NCBI GenBank assembly: GCA_964187785.1
Contig: OZ076409.1
Location: forward strand, 23,252,001 to 23,316,000
Direction: 5' to 3'
Source of the DNA: Amphiscolops sp. MND2022
Taxonomy: Eukaryota
DNA length: 64,000 nucleotides
Position 1 is the stretch's first letter, and each line of letters starts with the position of its first letter. Below are positions 22,901-31,079 of this stretch, in pieces. The notes under the pieces are model-generated. The model was not told where the DNA came from. It made no database searches and saw only the letters and a list, made by a program, of their open reading frames with translations. The position numbers and the translations under genes were made by a program.

Positions 22901-25900
22901 GACCAAAGTGCCACCGGCACGCCTAGACACTGAAGAACCTGATCCTGTGCTTGAAGAGATGCCACCCGAATGCCAAGCACAAGCCAACGCCCTTAGAACA
23001 GTTGGAACAGAGCTGCATGAACACTTTCTGACCAGACGTGGCCTCAAGGACCTGCACCTAGCACAAAATAGGGACATGCACCTCCTAGCGCTGAAGAAAC
23101 TCATGAACGGCGAACCACTGGAAGAAACAATGTTCCCCGAAGACGTACAAGACTTCGCGCGACGCTACTTCCATCAAAAGAAAGACCTGCTCTTCCTGAA
23201 CCCAGACGATATTCTCTGCGTCAACTACGTTCCGCAACAACGTGCGCTGCACGCGCGACCGTGTATGATAGTCATGCCACAACTATACCAACACGAGATT
23301 CTGTATAGGGCACACGACGAATCGGGACATCAGGGCGTAGGGAAGGTGCTAGCGAGAGTACAAGAACGGCATACCTGGCCGGGCATTAAGCGTGACATAG
23401 TCAATCACATCAAGCACTGCTTGACCTGCCAGCAAACAAAACACCCCGCCGGGAACCCCTGCTACCCCTTGCAGAACATCAACAGCAGCAATTTCAACGA
23501 CCTAGTACAATTCGACCACCTCAAACTATGCAAAACCGAATCGGGAAACACCGGTCTCTTAGTCATGATAGACCACTTCACGAAATTCGCCGAGGCTATT
23601 CCGTGTGCCCACGACGAATATGATGCCCAAACCACAGCTAAAATCATCCTTAATAAATGGTTTGCCAGACACGGCACTCCAGCACGGATGCAATCCGACA
23701 ATGCCACGAATTTCACAGCTGAAATCGCACAGGAGCTAATGAAAGCCTCGCAAGTCACTAAAGTGACATCCACTCCAGCGCATCCTCGAGGAAATGGACT
23801 CGTGGAAAGGCAGAACCGAACGTTACTCGCACTGCTAAGAGTCTACACTTCGCGACGAATGCAGGATTGGGATGAGCATATTGATGGAATCCTCGGTGCG
23901 TACAATTCAACTAGACACGCAACCACTGGATTCTCTCCCTATATGCTCCAACACGGAGCCGAGAAATCCATTCCCCTGTCATTCATCTACCCAGAATTTG
24001 CTGCCCGAGGATTCGATTCCAAAGAAGAATTCGTGGAACATCTTCTAGCCAGACAGCAAGAAATCCATGAACTTGTCAGAAGAAATACACACCAAGCACA
24101 GCTACGGCAAAAGCTGAAGTTTGACCGCCACCTGAAAGCCAAAGCGCACGCTGTAGGCGATGCGGTGTGGGTATTCTGCCATATCATACCCAAGGGTGGC
24201 ACCCGTAAGCTGATTCGCGCTTGGCGCGGACCCCACAAGGTGACCGACGTGTTGCAGGACGGACGATTATATGTACTAGACACTGGCCAAAAGGTCCACT
24301 ACGAAAGATTGAAAAAGCATGTGCCTGCCCCTTGGGACTGGGCCGCACACCAGCCCTTTGGGCCGAATCAAAACGTAGCCATTATTGCTGATCCGTACGT
24401 AGAAGAAAGCAATGAAGAGATAGCGTCCGACATCTCCCAAGACTCTTTCCTACCGGAACAACTTCCGGAAGCATCCTTCGAAATGGAACCGACAGGATCG
24501 ATTCCACCTCGTACCATTCAGACTCGTACCCAAACAGCACTCGAACAAGGAATACCCCGAAGAAGATTCAGCCACTTCGGGTACCCCTCTAACTCAGATT
24601 CCGAAAGAGAGGAAAATGAGCCGCCGATTCAGAGCCCACCACCGCCAGTAGTGTTCCCCGACTTGGACGACCTAGAACCACTGTACTCCGACCAGGAGGA
24701 AATTCAGCCGGCCGTACCTACGAGTCTGATACCATCACCCTCAGGGACCTCAGCCCCCCTACTATCCAATCCGTCCCTAACAGACACCCTGAGTAACTTT
24801 CCCTTGTTTGGCCCCCAATTAGAGAACCCGATCGACCCGATAGAAAATGAACCAAAGTCAGAAACTGAGAATGAAGAAGAGACAACCCATCGCAGTCCAA
24901 GCCATTGCTCAACACAACCCGATACCACGAATCGTAGAGGACGGCCTCGAGGCCGACCACTAGGTCGAGGAAAACCCCGCGCTATACCATCCACTAGAAC
25001 CACAACATCGTCGCGAACCCAAACCGCACGATCCAGAAGAGGCCCTAGGGCAAGAATGAGCACTCGTGCACCCCCTCGAAAACTAGACCGAGCGATGACT
25101 CTACCAGAAATACCCGAAAGCCAACAACCACCAGATGTCCAGGACTCAGAACCAAGACCACTATCGCGAACATCACGATATCAACTGCGAGCTAACAGAA
25201 CACCACGTTACAAGTGTGGAACCTGTGGTTCCCGCAACTGTAGTTGCGTCAAGCATCTGACTCGCCATTCACCGGACAACCGATTGGCCCGGGGAGCGGT
25301 AGTCCCTGCCAGGGATCTCTTTATGGCCAGGACACATTGTCACCCACAACATGAGATCTTAACCGTGCAAGCCCAGCGAGAAAAGGTGGTGGAGACACCC
25401 CCGCTAGTGCACCATTTGATCATCACGGTAGAAAAAACTTTCACTAGTGTGGAACGAGAAGCGATACCACCGCTGGAAGAAACACTCAAAGCAATGCACG
25501 CGACATCTCCCTCCGACTGCCCGACTTACCGATTCAAAGAATGGACACCTCCCCATCGAGGCGGTCTAGAATTCACCCTACATGCCATCATACCGCCTTT
25601 GCCACCCTCGATGACATTCGGCGAGCTAGCAAAAGAGGATAATAGCCCGGAGATGATCCGCTGTATCACTGCACACCAACTGTGGGAGAAATATCACATT
25701 GCCTCCCCGCCGGGAGACATATATCAGCCCACCAATGGATGGTGGCTACTTGTCACCTCTCTAGACGCAACGACATTGGTATCTCCCACAACTTTACTGA
25801 TGTGCTTAGAAAGCTTGCGTACAGTAACCGAACCTGAGAACACGCTTTGTTTCCACATGGCCGATATTTATCGTGGCAAGTTCCTAAGCCAACATTGGCT

Positions 25901-26654
25901 ACAATTAATAGCGGTCGTCTTCTGCCGACAGGCGAAGATACACTTCCTGGATCGACAATTTTATACACCAGAAAAACCCGTCACGGTTAGCGAAGCACTC
26001 TCGATAGTACACGATTGGTCATCTACAAACTTGGGAGATAGACCTCTACGCCGAACCGTCTGGGAAGACCGACAAGCAATCTTGCAGCATTTGACACCCC
26101 GACCCACCGATGATCAGAGCAGAACCACCGGCAAATGGCTCATAACCCAGCCTAAAACCAGACCGAATTACTTACCTTGGATAAGTTATGACAACACAGA
26201 TATCCTGCAGGCACCTGGCACCGTGATACTATGCTGCCCTGCGGATTTGCTCTCTTACTCTGCCACAATCCGTTACGTCATTCGCGAATACGGTCAAGAA
26301 AACATATTTCGTCTAAGACCATCAGTTGGCACCGCAATTCGCTTAACCCGCTCGCCAACTGCACCCTGGAATAACGAAATCTTCCTTCTATGTACCAGAG
26401 CATCGACCAAGCATCCGCTCTTACATGAAGTACTCCATGCGTGTTTGACGAATTTGATAACCCAGCTCCATCGAAACCGCATTACCAGAATCCACTTGCC
26501 CATCTATGATCCTGAGCGATCGATGAACCTCCTTCCAGCCTGGTACGCCACACTACGCGACCACTTTGCAGACCACAACATAACAATAATTTTGCACGAT
26601 CGCGTCTATGTCACGATAGCGTCGATTACCTCTGCCAACTTTGGCGGTAGTTAA
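16983..26654 (+). CDS. gag-pol: Gag-Pol polyprotein, 3223 aa, single frame, with long N- and C-terminal extensions
   Basis: ATG in GCCATGG at 16983; coiled coil ~17670-18090; capsid-like ~18730-19240; CCHC knuckles 19437-19478 and 19632-19673; protease DTG 20298-20306; RT YIDD 21774-21785; RNase H 'DTDAS...ELEM-like KLEMYA...VDNQAL...NVDGLSK' ~22200-22580; integrase HHCC ~23310-23430, core D(QFDH)-D(SDNA)-E(VERQN), 'WRGPHKV' motif ~24222. Confidence 0.97.
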   Translation: MERRETNTIISDFHATNPFGRRTETTTEQNECRLDSAIAAVISEAMSDFVPSQEQNAEIAAANTQPNSSRASPDSTNLPDNTENNTQRDTWPPLEVTDYSLENWPNSNQGPISELSIVDTPNEQNDTPMTPRADPKMAEVERNPLGSQEMINSVGGNPFRSGYALSEAPAKTSNGPAENSKTNITENPLRYVFRTPPSVTSKINYANASRTSHTPDSQASADTNLDSTITKARKEMQTVREDFQSSLAQLAQVQTRLARENNEHEMRADMIMRDMDELRKGLLEMQAEGRQNQGRLEASMASLNDLIKQRETTADARMAEMSAIMRERDRQADERMKAMTNTMQRRDIDSNVRMADLMMAMQDLTLGVKAIVSQTPAQQAQTAPRIPQKYQQTEMPSTSEAPQPHYRTVAQHTAEPPRPPKLVPPATYRRDLSKASKVAKVTHTESRDAGTDPMTDPPSFDQYARGTSTSGDFHSAADETNTRRTSYYTADSSAAFRPPARTQTFRDFVPRPVATSTQRKMTNKRNLEQGKGEHSDIEEMPSMAEETPDTPRTTQRQALAEAISTAMSKGLEPLLAAKESKNKPTKYRGTRDGNADGWMMLMKRHLEKAHPKATPLDKAWTIIEYLEHEARDYITNKSEAERDTDEKVFALLARRFGTGSSKIHIQQQFRTRNQNSEEDYMQYLDALEGLRSQGYPNEEVTVRRYEIMQRFIEGVRNFELKRNLALMYAPEQYVETPPTVEALRFTVQQYLRMRGSTRSDNYPMMPPPQQQANIQQPNQSPVAPAPAQKMQQQQPPQPAAYQQQPMPPAAYRPQPQRACFNCGDPSHFVVDCPLKDRARKPVQQQVNSCHTNPTGSWMCPSQPRGLNYDVFPASLPTQGTVAFCINCGRTEHSASECMASEQMSHEEQIRAAWYAPSPSQFDNLSQDDQVRVISVAEDGGPSRPVVVTCGEKQVLTTLEAPAPDCTETLISIHLLLSAEQKTRPTLTLSQLKEELCRNVKYTIAARPLPHFAREDETKLAPIQKVKTVSPVPVAINVDGVDMKFDAIVVLEGHFPQGLYLGRQELRCYNIGVQDAQGEARIDERASLVVAFGNTIQEPIPLYGMIDTGSGVSILSLKAYQKIASPHALSLLPYDIQLYAANGKTINTIGIAENVSFQLGGYTLRTNFIVIADHLGAEDFLLGRNFLRTYNVLVDLTAMRVTIRDPKAPRHFKPVHEVSDHEPSLVISTEKVVLGPYERKLVRAQIISQKHNEYLFRNVMIRPQGVSKRSPFVSEDTLTSVGDEGIVFIALRNTTPSENVTIQTKTVLGKAELTNFVLQPVAADTATEIDKPLFEQVNRVYTEEWLNETSSEYSSFAQNFLSSTEISEEGLSESEKRAQTDPQLLKPIPGPDLSSVLSSWGEGARDQLASVLSEYDDLFMKHKADIGRCKIAKHRIELEPEAIPHREGARRMSPDKAAKANQEVRNLLALGLIQPSYSPWASGIVMVKKKTGELRFCCDFRPLNDVTVKDAFPLPRIDESLSRIGNAKIFTSIDLAWAFWQIPLKKRDRRKTAFACELGLFEWRRMPFGLCNASATFQRSITRALQRIQQRHGSVVMAYIDDIVIATETIEDHIVRIKEVFECLREAGFKMRAEKCDFMRTETKYLGRVVSSEGIRPDPEAIVKIQEWMPPRNKEELQSFLGFANYYRDFVPFHAAKVQPLQELLKKSQHFHWEMKHQEAFDAVKEALANATALAAPNEDGRFVLDTDASAVAIAGILHQEQEHNGKTILRPIVFGSKSLTKTQLNYGAPKLEMYAVFYFIEKFHSYLAGREFTLRVDNQALSWLKTYSMDQAMIGRWIARLDQYNFKTIHRPRTQHRNVDGLSKRTNDYVHREKILEKLPEVSEGFNFMTKEDYEALPTVPYFDKHGRPIPNHPELPPEARAQLPLLYILGKRPKTSLQEPPVNGAPWYPQIQWEATPTTDEDHRPTHILSITTKVPPARLDTEEPDPVLEEMPPECQAQANALRTVGTELHEHFLTRRGLKDLHLAQNRDMHLLALKKLMNGEPLEETMFPEDVQDFARRYFHQKKDLLFLNPDDILCVNYVPQQRALHARPCMIVMPQLYQHEILYRAHDESGHQGVGKVLARVQERHTWPGIKRDIVNHIKHCLTCQQTKHPAGNPCYPLQNINSSNFNDLVQFDHLKLCKTESGNTGLLVMIDHFTKFAEAIPCAHDEYDAQTTAKIILNKWFARHGTPARMQSDNATNFTAEIAQELMKASQVTKVTSTPAHPRGNGLVERQNRTLLALLRVYTSRRMQDWDEHIDGILGAYNSTRHATTGFSPYMLQHGAEKSIPLSFIYPEFAARGFDSKEEFVEHLLARQQEIHELVRRNTHQAQLRQKLKFDRHLKAKAHAVGDAVWVFCHIIPKGGTRKLIRAWRGPHKVTDVLQDGRLYVLDTGQKVHYERLKKHVPAPWDWAAHQPFGPNQNVAIIADPYVEESNEEIASDISQDSFLPEQLPEASFEMEPTGSIPPRTIQTRTQTALEQGIPRRRFSHFGYPSNSDSEREENEPPIQSPPPPVVFPDLDDLEPLYSDQEEIQPAVPTSLIPSPSGTSAPLLSNPSLTDTLSNFPLFGPQLENPIDPIENEPKSETENEEETTHRSPSHCSTQPDTTNRRGRPRGRPLGRGKPRAIPSTRTTTSSRTQTARSRRGPRARMSTRAPPRKLDRAMTLPEIPESQQPPDVQDSEPRPLSRTSRYQLRANRTPRYKCGTCGSRNCSCVKHLTRHSPDNRLARGAVVPARDLFMARTHCHPQHEILTVQAQREKVVETPPLVHHLIITVEKTFTSVEREAIPPLEETLKAMHATSPSDCPTYRFKEWTPPHRGGLEFTLHAIIPPLPPSMTFGELAKEDNSPEMIRCITAHQLWEKYHIASPPGDIYQPTNGWWLLVTSLDATTLVSPTTLLMCLESLRTVTEPENTLCFHMADIYRGKFLSQHWLQLIAVVFCRQAKIHFLDRQFYTPEKPVTVSEALSIVHDWSSTNLGDRPLRRTVWEDRQAILQHLTPRPTDDQSRTTGKWLITQPKTRPNYLPWISYDNTDILQAPGTVILCCPADLLSYSATIRYVIREYGQENIFRLRPSVGTAIRLTRSPTAPWNNEIFLLCTRASTKHPLLHEVLHACLTNLITQLHRNRITRIHLPIYDPERSMNLLPAWYATLRDHFADHNITIILHDRVYVTIASITSANFGGS

Positions 26655-26984
26655 GAGCACGTCTCGCCCTCTACTTAGCATATCAGGCCACTGGCCTTTT
26701 GCACTGCCTTTAGTTAATTCGAAGCACCTTAAGATTTTAACAAGGCCGCGCCGACAAGCGCAAATTTTAGTACTAACCACTGAAACTTTTTAACCTTATG
26801 TTTGTGTGTTCGTCCTAAAAAGCTTAACTGCCCACCCGTCTATGTGATGTCTTATCTCCAACTGTAACCTGTTTTTCAGTTTTGTCCTGTTGCCTCGCCT
26901 CTGCGCGGCCCCCATACTTATCACGCCAAATCAGTCTTGCCATCACAATCTTCGGTGCTAAACATTCCTTTATCATCGTTTCCA

Positions 26985-29900
26985 ATGGACCCATCTGCGC
27001 GACACCGCCTGCCTGCACCCCAGAACGCTGCGCGTGCCCAACCATCCACAAGGAACGACCCACCCCCAATGATGAGCGAAATAGATGGTCGAGTCGACCA
27101 GCTAGCTCTTGTCCAAGACACCCTACTAAACGGAGCGACACCCACAATGATCACTGGCTTCGCCATGATCATCGCCCAAACCCAAGCTCAAGCAGAGTAC
27201 CCTGATGTTAGCTTCACTATCACCAGCCGAGTCGGCCCGATAGAACGCTCCGCCACTTTTCGCGACGGTACCTGGCAAGGGTATGACTTGACCCACAGCC
27301 TCATAGACCCTCGCTCTCACGTAGTCTATGGAGAACCTACCAGGCCCCCCATGGACCAAGAACGATCACTCCGCATTTCACAGTCAGCACTACAGACGTC
27401 ACAGACACAAACTACGACCCCGTTGCCCTCGCCGCACCCGGTGCAGTTCAGCTGCACGCTGCCAATCATGCCACCCCCAGTACTAACACCACCCATGCCC
27501 CTGGCATCGGAAGGCATTCGCCTACTGACCACCCCATCCTCTACCTTCATGCCTCCATCTACCTTTCAGGGGGGAGGGGTGCAAGTAGACAATACAGCAA
27601 GTGCTACCCTGAGCGAAGAACAGCCCAGGAGAACGGTGACGTTCAAAGATTCATATGAAGAATTAACTCAGACGTCTTCCAGAACCGAATCACAAGTCTC
27701 GGAACCTCCACAAGCCTCAGAACCAGCTAGCCTAGTAGGCTTCCAAATGGACCCACAATTCCGAGAACGTCAGCGAGAACAACAAAAAGCCGAAAGTAAG
27801 GCAGCCAACACTGTGGTAGACCTCCGGGAGAAAATAAAAGCTGGAAAGCGAGCCAGAGAGGCGACCATGCAAAGTAAACAATCGAGCTCGACCAGTGTCC
27901 CGCAACCCTTGTCTGCCTCACCCACGCAACCAGAAACAAGGAGACCGAGAATAACACACGAACTCCTAACACATTCGGAAAAACGGCAGCTGGATATCAC
28001 TGCACGCGACGCACTGCGTCTGCAGCGGGAAATACCAACCACAACGCCACCAGAAGACCCTCTACGACAGAAATTCGAGACCGCAACGGGAACTGGGGAC
28101 TTCGCCACAAGGCAGAAAATAGAAAAAGCCACAGTGGGAGTACTCTACAATCGTCCCGTCAAGAAACCAGTGTTCACTCGAGACGGATGCCCCCCATGGT
28201 TCAATCGCATGCGAGCAGAATTGGAGAGAGTGAACTCGACATACATGCGTATTCCTGACAATTTCATCCGACAGCGCCCTGGCCGCTTCGACGAAGATCG
28301 CTTGCGAACAAAAAACTATGCGAGGGACCCCATTACAATCCTGCCCATGGAAAAGGACCTTTTGCAGAAAACCAGAATAGCCTTCTTCGTCGACTCGACG
28401 ATGAAGTCTTCATTCAACTCCCACAATACCCTCATGGATGTCAGAATAATGAACATGCCCTGTACAACACTGAACGAAATGGCAGAGGTGACCGACAAAG
28501 TATTCACCCAAGCGGGAACAGAGACCATCCCATTACCTCCGTTGCTGGTATATTCAAATGTGATAGATCACCTCGCTCTGCGAGGGACCTTGGAATTTTT
28601 CCGACCAGACCACGAAAGATTTACTGAGGGGTTCGTCACCGACGAAGTGACCAACTACGTGGAGACAATGGCGAATATTGCCCAAACTATGCGCAGAAGG
28701 AAAGCTGTCACTGGAACGGTATTTATGTCACCTCCAGGCTACGTGCACCTTCCTCGGACCCTTCAGCAATTCTTATACCTAGTAATGGAGGCAGCGTACG
28801 CAAGAGATCTGGCTTTTTACATTGTGGCCCCCAATTTACGTATCAGCAATAATAGCTGGCGCCCTTGTGAAGCCTCATACCCAGCCTTCGTTGCTGAAGT
28901 CTCAAAGGCCCTTCAATCATACGTCGGTTACCGCGGAAACTCCCAAATGGTAGTGGATGAAGCAACAGCATTCGACTACGGGATGGAAATGGCTCGCCGA
29001 TCATTGAATGAGCGTGGAGACCGAATCGTAAACGACCCAAATGAAAGTGAGCGCAACAACCTGGTGGATAACCTCTGGTTTGAACGCCGGGACGAATCAA
29101 CAATAGACGAGAAAACACATGAACCCAAGTTTCACAAGGAACTCACGAATCTAATGAAAGAAACCGAGACGATTCAGGGTGATAGAAAGAATTCCTCCAT
29201 CTTCCCCATAGCACAAATATCATTGGATGCTGAACCTGGGCAAAGATCACCCACATTGGCCATGCTGTTGATACTAGCTCAAGACATTGTACAAAGGAAT
29301 GTTCAAGAGCCGACACACACGTACCAAACATGGCACGATCAACTACGAGAACCTTTGGGCCAAGTCGCGGACCGACTGGGCATAACATTTCCCGTATTTC
29401 TCCACAACATCTCTCCCTTCTGGCTTCCTTCCTTAGTACAAGCCGAGTACGGCCTGGATGAGCAGCGAATGCGACTTTACATGGAGGCCATGGAAAGAGC
29501 GACCGTTAGTGAACTACTAGCGTACCTGATGGCCGTGGGGTTGACCATGATGTACAGAGGACCATCGGCCCTCATACAAAAGTTCGTGCTCAACAAGGGA
29601 GGCTCAGCCCTGTTCAGCTTCCTAGTCTTCTCGCAGAATCAAAGAGGTTGGATATCTGCGCTCATTGAAACCCTGGACCCAGCGGGTTCCCTGAAATTAA
29701 AGACGCAGCTGGACTTAAACATTCAAGCACTTCTAGTGTGGATTTATTCCACCTGGGTCAATGTCTCGGGCGTTATGCATCCTCTGGATGAGTGCCCAGC
29801 TATTAACCGAGACCCCAATCAACTTCCTGGGTTCCTGTTCCCTACACAAGTTGCAACATTGATGCTCGTGGAAACAGAGGACCTAATACCCCTCATTGCT

Positions 29901-31079
29901 CCGATAGTCTGGCCTATCTTCGGCGCAGTTATGGCCCTGCGCTATCCAACGCAAGCCCTGCGAGTGGCAGCGGTGAGCCCATCCCTCTCGATTCTACATT
30001 TCGTGACCTCCGATGGGCCCCTTCAGGGTCCCACCTATCAATCAGTGATACACAGCTTTGCCAACTTGCGACCTCCCATGGCGTATACCGTAATCAAAGA
30101 CCGCCAACAAGTGGAACACAACTATCTCACCTTGATCAAGGCGAGAGCACGTAGCTCGCTCCCTTTGCCAATGGAAATCCATCCGGTAGTTTGGCTGCAC
30201 ACCCCCATTGATCCAAATAATGGAGCAGTGGCGACATTTGAAGGGTGGGACGTGCCAGTTGTCCTGCGTATCTTGAGAACAATTATCCAAAGATTGGGTG
30301 GTCGTCGAAAAGGAGAAGAACCTACTAGGTTATTGTATCCCTATGCGTGTGACACTTCCAGAATATATTGTGCGAGAACAGAACCCCGTGAGCATACCGC
30401 CAGAATCTTGAATACCATTACATGTTGGGCCCAGCCGGAGCTCGTGGACCTCGCTATACACCAAACCTTCCAACAGCTGCCAACAACTATTCCGACAGTA
30501 GCAAAGGAACCAAGCAAGAAAGATTTGCCCGTGAACACTGACGTTCCCAGCAACCCGCGTATGGCACTAGAGATATTCGTGCGTCTGCATGGTCTCCAAC
30601 GAGAACGTACTCGAGCCGTGGGCGAAGAATACGCTAGGGGAATACGAACGTTCAGGCAGCTGTTCATCCAATATGGCCATCAAGAATTAGCGGACGGTTT
30701 GCCGAACTTGGAATCAGTCGAAGCTATCCCAGGAATTAGCGATTTGAGCGAAGCTGCCTCTGGCAGCTCTCGCACCGTCTTCCCCACACCCCACGTGAGT
30801 CAAGACTCCAATGAAATATTGGTGGAAAGGGCACAAGATGATGTGCCAGGTGTCATGCCACCATCAGGGGAACCTATGACTGATAATAACTTCACGTTCT
30901 CTGATGCCACTACTCCTGTAAGAGACGAAGTGGAAACCAATATCTCGAACTTGGAGGCAGCGGACATAGAGTCAGAGCTCAATAATCTGCTGACCATAGA
31001 CGAAGAGTATCAGAATACGGTGGATGCCATGGGCAACACCTCAGTCCAAGAAGCCCCACAGGACCAACTGCTGGAATAA
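26985..31079 (+). CDS. ORF2, 1364 aa, unknown function, in the env position; central SGNH/GDSL-like domain
   Basis: 4.1-kb stop-free frame between pol and PPT, ATG in CCAATGG context, base composition like pol; no N-terminal signal peptide; SGNH-like blocks at 28374-28920. Confidence 0.9.
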   Translation: MDPSARHRLPAPQNAARAQPSTRNDPPPMMSEIDGRVDQLALVQDTLLNGATPTMITGFAMIIAQTQAQAEYPDVSFTITSRVGPIERSATFRDGTWQGYDLTHSLIDPRSHVVYGEPTRPPMDQERSLRISQSALQTSQTQTTTPLPSPHPVQFSCTLPIMPPPVLTPPMPLASEGIRLLTTPSSTFMPPSTFQGGGVQVDNTASATLSEEQPRRTVTFKDSYEELTQTSSRTESQVSEPPQASEPASLVGFQMDPQFRERQREQQKAESKAANTVVDLREKIKAGKRAREATMQSKQSSSTSVPQPLSASPTQPETRRPRITHELLTHSEKRQLDITARDALRLQREIPTTTPPEDPLRQKFETATGTGDFATRQKIEKATVGVLYNRPVKKPVFTRDGCPPWFNRMRAELERVNSTYMRIPDNFIRQRPGRFDEDRLRTKNYARDPITILPMEKDLLQKTRIAFFVDSTMKSSFNSHNTLMDVRIMNMPCTTLNEMAEVTDKVFTQAGTETIPLPPLLVYSNVIDHLALRGTLEFFRPDHERFTEGFVTDEVTNYVETMANIAQTMRRRKAVTGTVFMSPPGYVHLPRTLQQFLYLVMEAAYARDLAFYIVAPNLRISNNSWRPCEASYPAFVAEVSKALQSYVGYRGNSQMVVDEATAFDYGMEMARRSLNERGDRIVNDPNESERNNLVDNLWFERRDESTIDEKTHEPKFHKELTNLMKETETIQGDRKNSSIFPIAQISLDAEPGQRSPTLAMLLILAQDIVQRNVQEPTHTYQTWHDQLREPLGQVADRLGITFPVFLHNISPFWLPSLVQAEYGLDEQRMRLYMEAMERATVSELLAYLMAVGLTMMYRGPSALIQKFVLNKGGSALFSFLVFSQNQRGWISALIETLDPAGSLKLKTQLDLNIQALLVWIYSTWVNVSGVMHPLDECPAINRDPNQLPGFLFPTQVATLMLVETEDLIPLIAPIVWPIFGAVMALRYPTQALRVAAVSPSLSILHFVTSDGPLQGPTYQSVIHSFANLRPPMAYTVIKDRQQVEHNYLTLIKARARSSLPLPMEIHPVVWLHTPIDPNNGAVATFEGWDVPVVLRILRTIIQRLGGRRKGEEPTRLLYPYACDTSRIYCARTEPREHTARILNTITCWAQPELVDLAIHQTFQQLPTTIPTVAKEPSKKDLPVNTDVPSNPRMALEIFVRLHGLQRERTRAVGEEYARGIRTFRQLFIQYGHQELADGLPNLESVEAIPGISDLSEAASGSSRTVFPTPHVSQDSNEILVERAQDDVPGVMPPSGEPMTDNNFTFSDATTPVRDEVETNISNLEAADIESELNNLLTIDEEYQNTVDAMGNTSVQEAPQDQLLE

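Noticed and set aside
16928..30997. Short antisense and alternate-frame ORFs overlapping gag-pol and ORF2
   Set aside because: All about 120 aa or shorter, no motifs; expected shadows of long GC-richer ORFs.
26985..31079. Calling ORF2 'env'
   Set aside because: Position fits, but no signal peptide, fusion-protein Cys pattern or C-terminal TM anchor was seen.
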